DNA of 63,602 nt, counting the filler, from Guillardia theta CCMP2712 (Eukaryota > Protista > Cryptophyta): assembly GCF_000315625.1 (NCBI RefSeq). It is 5 parts of 5 records of this genome, joined end to end, with 100 filler letters (N's around TTAATTAATTAA, not from the genome) between each part and the next. Parts side by side here need not be neighbours in the genome. Positions count along the whole stretch, not along the records: positions 36,723 to 60,102 come from NW_005434398.1; positions 60,203 to 63,602 come from NW_005434108.1; 3 more parts are not named here. One strand, given 5' to 3'. The notes beneath the pieces were generated by a model, which was not told the origin of the DNA, searched no databases, and was given only the letters and a program-made list of their open reading frames with translations. Below are positions 58,540 through 63,602 of this stretch, piece after piece. Made by a program: the position numbers and the translations under genes. Each line of letters opens with the position of its first letter. Position 1 is the first letter of the stretch.

Positions 58540-59940
58540 TGGCCGGGGGCCTGATCTCTCCGGGCGGCCGTGACCGGTCAGCGGACCGTGTCAGCAGGCC
58601 CGTGACATGTCAGCCGGCTGACAGGGGCCGTGACCCGGCTGACAGGCTCACCTGACCGGTCACGTGACACATCACGTGACCGAGACAAGACTTTTTTATA
58701 TCGCAGATCCAAAAACCCATAGGACATTTCTCCCAGGGGGAAGAAAACCTCCCTTGACCCCCCTGTTTCTCGACGGATCCTGCCGGCCGGGCCCGTCAGT
58801 AGACCGACTGCAGCCTTCAGCCCCGCCTCAGACCCCCTGGAGGCCCGCCAGGAGGCTAAGTGTCCGGAGATTGGCCGGGGGCCTGATCTCTCCGGGCGGC
58901 CGTGACCGGTCAGCGGACCGTGTCAGCAGGCCCGTGACATGTCAGCCGGCTGACAGGGGCCGTGACCCGGCTGACAGGCTCACCTGACCGGTCACGTGAC
59001 ACATCACGTGACCGAGACAAGACTTTTTTATATCGCAGATCCCAAAATCCCATAGGACATTTCTCCCAGGGGGAAGAAAACCTCCCTTGACCCCAGGGGG
59101 AAGAAAACCTCCCTTGACCCCCCTGTTTCTCGACGGATCCTGCCGGCCGGGCCCGTCAGTAGACCGACTGCAGCCTTCAGCCCCGCCTCAGACCCCCTGG
59201 AGGCCCGCCAGGAGGCTAAGTGTCCGGAGATTGGCCGGGGGCCTGATCTCTCCGGGCGGCCGTGACCGGTCAGCGGACCGTGTCAGCAGGCCCGTGACAT
59301 GTCAGCCGGCTGACAGGGGCCGTGACCCGGCTGACAGGCTCACCTGACCGGTCACGTGACACATCACGTGACCGAGACAAGACTTTTTTATATCGCAGAT
59401 CCAAAAACCCATAGGACATTTCTCCCAGGGGGAAGAAAACCTCCCTTGACCCCCCTGTTTCTCGACGGATCCTGCCGGCCGGGCCCGTCAGTAGACCGAC
59501 TGCAGCCTTCAGCCCCGCCTCAGACCCCCTGGAGGCCCGCCAGGAGGCTAAGTGTCCGGAGATTGGCCGGGGGCCTGATCTCTCCGGGCGGCCGTGACCG
59601 GTCAGCGGACCGTGTCAGCAGGCCCGTGACATGTCAGCCGGCTGACAGGGGCCGTGACCCGGCTGACAGGCTCACCTGACCGGTCACGTGACACATCACG
59701 TGACCGAGACAAGACTTTTTTATATCGCAGATCCAAAAACCCATAGGACATTTCTCCCAGGGGGAAGAAAACCTCCCTTGACCCCCCTGTTTCTCGACGG
59801 ATCCTGCCGGCCGGGCCCGTCAGTAGACCGACTGCAGCCTTCAGCCCCGCCTCAGACCCCCTGGAGGCCCGCCAGGAGGCTAAGTGTCCGGGAGATTGGC
59901 TGGGGGCCTGATCTCTCTGGGGGGGCCGTGACCCGGTCAC
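58540..59940 (+). repeat. Tandem array of a 332-bp GC-rich, palindrome-rich unit (~4.2 copies, probably continuing into the gap)
   Basis: AGGACATTTC starts at 58721, 59054, 59413 and 59745; one unit carries a 27-bp internal duplication. Confidence 0.97.
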
Positions 59941-61625
59941 TCACCCGCGTAACATGCCCGTATCATGTCATCCAGCTGAAAGGGGACAGTGACACAGGAA
60001 AACAGCTCCCGTGACGGGTACGTGGCACCTCACCTTCCCAGCTCCGGACTTGAGGTATCGTCATCCCAAAGCCCAGGGAGGGTTGCGCGCAGGGGGGAAG
60101 AANNNNNNNNNNNNNNNNNNNNNNNNNNNNNNNNNNNNNNNNNNNNTTAATTAATTAANNNNNNNNNNNNNNNNNNNNNNNNNNNNNNNNNNNNNNNNNN
60201 NNTCTCCGATCACTTTCGTCAGCCCTTTGATACCCATGGCGCCCCGACACTGAGTACCCCTACCCACTACCCCCATCAAATTGATTGATGACCGGTGGTG
60301 GCTTCACCCTACCCCTACAAGAGGATGATTAAATTAAGGACCCGTAATGGAAATCTTATACCCGGTACTGAGAGCTTATTCAACGAGATTTATCAGGGGT
60401 ACTTATTCAACTGAATCAATTCATCACCCCTCCATTATGATTCATCGATATCAAGAACCCCCTTCCAACCATGGGTGTACCCTCTCTACCTAGTACCCAC
60501 CCAGCAGCTTCTGACTTTCCCCTTTGGGACAAGGAAAATTTCTTCAGTTTTTGACCGAAAAAGAGAAAATTCGGGAAATGGCCCGAAAGCTTTCTCTGGT
60601 CTACCATCTTCCTGGTTCACGGTCGTGAAGAGTCATCCGAAATAGGTCGCTGGGGTAGGGGTAGCAAATATGGGGGTAGGGGTGATAATATCACCGGTAA
60701 TTTTGGGTTTATTTTGGGCAAATATTGGTGGTAGGGGTACTTTTGTACCCAGAGGTGATTTCATCTGTACTTGATGGGTAAAGGTGCAGGCACCAGGGGG
60801 TGATACCATGGGGGGTGGGGTGTAAGAATTGCGGTGGTGGGTAGTATGAAATATTGTGGGGTGGGGTGGGTGTTCTTCCGCACAGAGACAATCAACAGAA
60901 CCGGTGGGAGGCGAGGAAGTTCATTTGAAAGGTGGGGGTACAATAGGAGCTAAAAGAAGGGGTCCATCATGGTCTGACTTGAACATGTATGTAGGGGTAC
61001 ATCAAATATTTTGTACATCAATCTAGGGGTGGTAGGGTCACTTTGCAACATTGTCGGGGTGGTCTTGAGATCAGGACAGCATGTCCATCTATTGTAGGGT
61101 ATGTATAGATAGGGTAGGGTAGGGAGAAAGGGGGGTAGGGTATTGTAAACGAAAGGTGGGGTACAGTTGCAGGGTAGGGTCCACAAGTTTAGCCATGCTG
61201 GCAGATCATCGACATAGGAGGAATCTGAGAGAAGGAGAGGAGAGGAGAGGAGAGGGGAGGGGAGGGAGGGAGGGAGAGAAAGATAGGCATGCAGAAGAGA
61301 AGAGAGAGAAGGAGAAGCACATGGTTGAAACAGGTACCACAGGCTAGAAAGACTTGGCAAGGAGGTGAAGAACGAGAATCACTGCGAAAAGCTGGCAGTG
61401 GTGATGAAGAAGGAAACATCGTAGAGGAGAATATTAAAAGGGAGGAACGTGGAGATAATTTGGAATAGCCAGAAGCCGTCAAGGAAAGCAACCAGTAGAA
61501 ATGCTTCTTCAAGCACAGCGTCGAAGTGAGGAGGAGTGGAGGGGGTTGACTTTTCTAATCAAACAACTTAGCAAGCCTCTCCTCTTTGACTTGTTCTCGC
61601 GCTTACAGTCTTGTCATCAGTTGTA

Positions 61626-63456
61626 ATGCCGACGGCAGCTGCCGGTACGATGTTGCCCTCAGAGAAGCAGGAGCGTGGGCCGTACTTGAAGGCTGCATGC
61701 CGGGCTGGTCTTGCCATGGTTGCCGCTGCCTTGGTTGTCTTGGTGGTGTACAGAGGACGCCAGGTTCCTCCTCGTCTCCTCCATGACCTTCAGCTCATGG
61801 CTACTGCAGGTGCCTGTGGAGGATCTGGCGAGTGGGCCGGGCGTGAGCAAACTGCCCCCTCAGCTAGCGCAGGAGCAGGCGGCGATGCCGACGGGCAAGT
61901 ACTACCTGATGAAGATGATCAGAAGGCAAGTGGAGTGGAAGAGAAGGCAGAAGCAGCACAAGGAGGACGCTGCAGCCTCGCAAGTTCACATGTTGAGGAG
62001 CTACAAGCAGATCATGGCAGACAAGCTTGCGAGGATGAAGGCCATCTCGCATGCGAAGCTGCTGGCAAAGAAGCACGGGGATCAGGTGGCTCCTGATCAG
62101 CTCTTGCTGAAAGCGAAGCAGCTGCAGGCGAAGTCGAGGATGATGAGCAAGAAGCAAGTCGGACCCACACAGCTGCTGCAGCTGACGCCCGAGCTCTACG
62201 AGGAGGCGGCGAGGAGCTACCAGCAAGTCGGAGAGACCGTGTACCGCATGCCTCCTCCTAACTATCAGTACACGCCACTGCAGCCCGTCGCTGCTGCTCC
62301 TCAGTATCAGGTTGCCTCCAGCACTCCCATGTACCCCATGCAGGTGCGCATCACTCTTTCTTGAGCGAGCCATACATGACCAACAGCAGCAGCAGCAGAT
62401 GCAGCAGCAGCCACAGCAGATGCAGCAGCAGCAGCCGATGCAGCAGCAGCAGCAGCAGCAGCCGATGCAGCAGCAGCAGCCGTACCAGGTTCAGCTCTTC
62501 ATCATCATCTCCATCGAGCGTCTGACATCCATCAGCAGCAGTTTCAGCCGCAGCAGATGCAGCAGCAGCCGCAGGCTCCCCCCAACGAAGAGCCCCACGG
62601 TCCTTCCCCTCCCCTCCCCTCCCCTCCCCTCCCCTCCCCTCTCCTCTCCTCTCCTCTCCTCTCCTCTCCTCTCCTCTCCTCTCCCTCCAGCCTGACCGTC
62701 CCCACAGCCCAACGCGCAAGACATCGACCCGATGGCTCCGTCCTTCGTTGTCCCTCCCACCCCCGGCGGCTCCTTCTCCTCCCCTTGCCGCGCTGAGTTC
62801 ACCGTCCAGGCCCTCGGCCTCCATCAGGTTGGTGACCCTTGTCGAGGCTGCCGGACTTGACGATCCTCTCCCCAGCACGACTCCATCACCATCACCCTCC
62901 TCAATGGCCCGCAAGGCTCGTCGATCAGGTGGGAGGGGGAGGAGAAGCTGAACGAGGAGAAGGAGGAGCAGGAGCAGGAGCAAGGGGGGGGAAGATGGGG
63001 GACCAGGTCGTTTCCTGCTTGACACGCTTGCAGCACGCCCATCACAAGCAACCCGGGCTCCACGATCTTCACCTGGGAGCCCTCGCCGCAGGCTCTGCAG
63101 TTGGGAAGCAGCACACAGCAGGTGAGGAGAAAGGGAGTCTTTCAATGCTCCTACCTCCTGCTTCCTACCTCCTGCCCCGTCCCTCCTACCGCCTACTCCC
63201 CTTCCCTCCTACTCCTACTCTCACTCCTACTCTCACTCCTACTCCTACTACTCCCTTCTTCCTACCTCATCGCTCCATCCCTCCCTCCCTCCTCTTCTGA
63301 TGTAGGACGTCTCAGGCGTGCTTTCAAGCTAAGGACCGCACCGGGCTCACGAGGAACAAGTGCATCTCAGTGACAGTGACTGGGGGCCAGGGATGCTTCC
63401 AGGTGAGCTGCTCTGCCCTTTACCTGCCTCGACCGAGCGAGCTGAAGACTACTCTG

Positions 63457-63488
<32 letters not shown>

Positions 63489-63512
63489 TGCAACAACAAC
63501 AGGAGCCTGTGC

Positions 63513-63550
<38 letters not shown>

Positions 63551-63602
63551 GAGCCTGTGCAGCAGCAGCAGCAGCAGCAGCAGCAGATGCAACAACAACA
63601 GG
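61626..63602 (+). CDS. Multi-exon type II membrane-anchored Gln-rich protein (continues beyond the window)
   Basis: TM segment LAMVAAALVVLVVY; intron 61764-61809 joins in frame to ORF 61711-62364; poly-Q exons follow. Confidence 0.7.

Larger units (their letters stand above)
46564..60102. mobile_element. Candidate endogenous large-DNA-virus-derived element bounded by inverted repeats
   Basis: Intronless compact ORFs, UL92-type motif, permuted NlpC/P60-like ORF and TATTT(A/G)A boxes. The left repeat 46564-46762 is the reverse complement of part of the right 332-bp unit. The right end lies in a gap. Confidence 0.7.

Noticed and set aside
58664-60014. Repeated 86-108 aa ORFs (MTHHVTETRL...) in the array
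   Set aside because: Non-ATG starts in GC-rich repeat units; most simply explained as chance open frames.
59940-60102. Apparently diverged last repeat unit or true element end
   Set aside because: Progressive degeneration right before an N-gap looks like a low-quality read end; no terminus or TSD can be called.
46564-60102. Polinton/PLV, virophage or bacterial prophage identity for the island
   Set aside because: No pPolB, rve integrase, packaging ATPase or jelly-roll capsid motifs seen, and the signals are eukaryotic (AATAAA, NLS-like motifs, EGF domain) rather than bacterial.

Overview
Eukaryotic nuclear scaffold with short (~40-50 nt) GT-AG introns, abundant microsatellites, CCCTAAA/TTTAGGG telomere-type repeats and N-gaps carrying TTAATTAATTAA linkers. 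The style suggests a microalga such as a cryptophyte (Guillardia-like); this is inference. Host-type genes: TBC/Rab-GAP, coiled-coil protein, HAD-like protein, BRCT protein, GT77-type nucleotide-diphospho-sugar transferase, FkbM methyltransferase and a Q-rich membrane-anchored protein. A tandemly amplified family of ~110-140 aa proteins ends in FDxxKMLxPxFGQTFKVxRxG (8.2-18.2 kb). Transposons: a two-gene PIF/Harbinger, a Crypton tyrosine-recombinase element with a decayed relative, and a LINE-like RNase H fragment abutting telomeric repeats. The main finding is a ~13.5 kb island (46.56-60.1 kb) of intronless, tightly packed, virus-like genes. It includes a protein with the herpesvirus UL92-type Cys/His motif, a permuted NlpC/P60-like protein, membrane proteins and TATTT(A/G)A promoter boxes. 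It is bounded by an inverted repeat on the left and a palindrome-rich 332-bp tandem array on the right, making it a candidate endogenous mirusvirus/herpes-like or giant-virus element. Nested inside it is a 2.8 kb element with perfect 20-bp TIRs and no target-site duplication, whose exact removal restores the interrupted ORF. I recognised no capsid, polymerase or integrase gene in the island. All family assignments are by eye from motifs, not from database searches.
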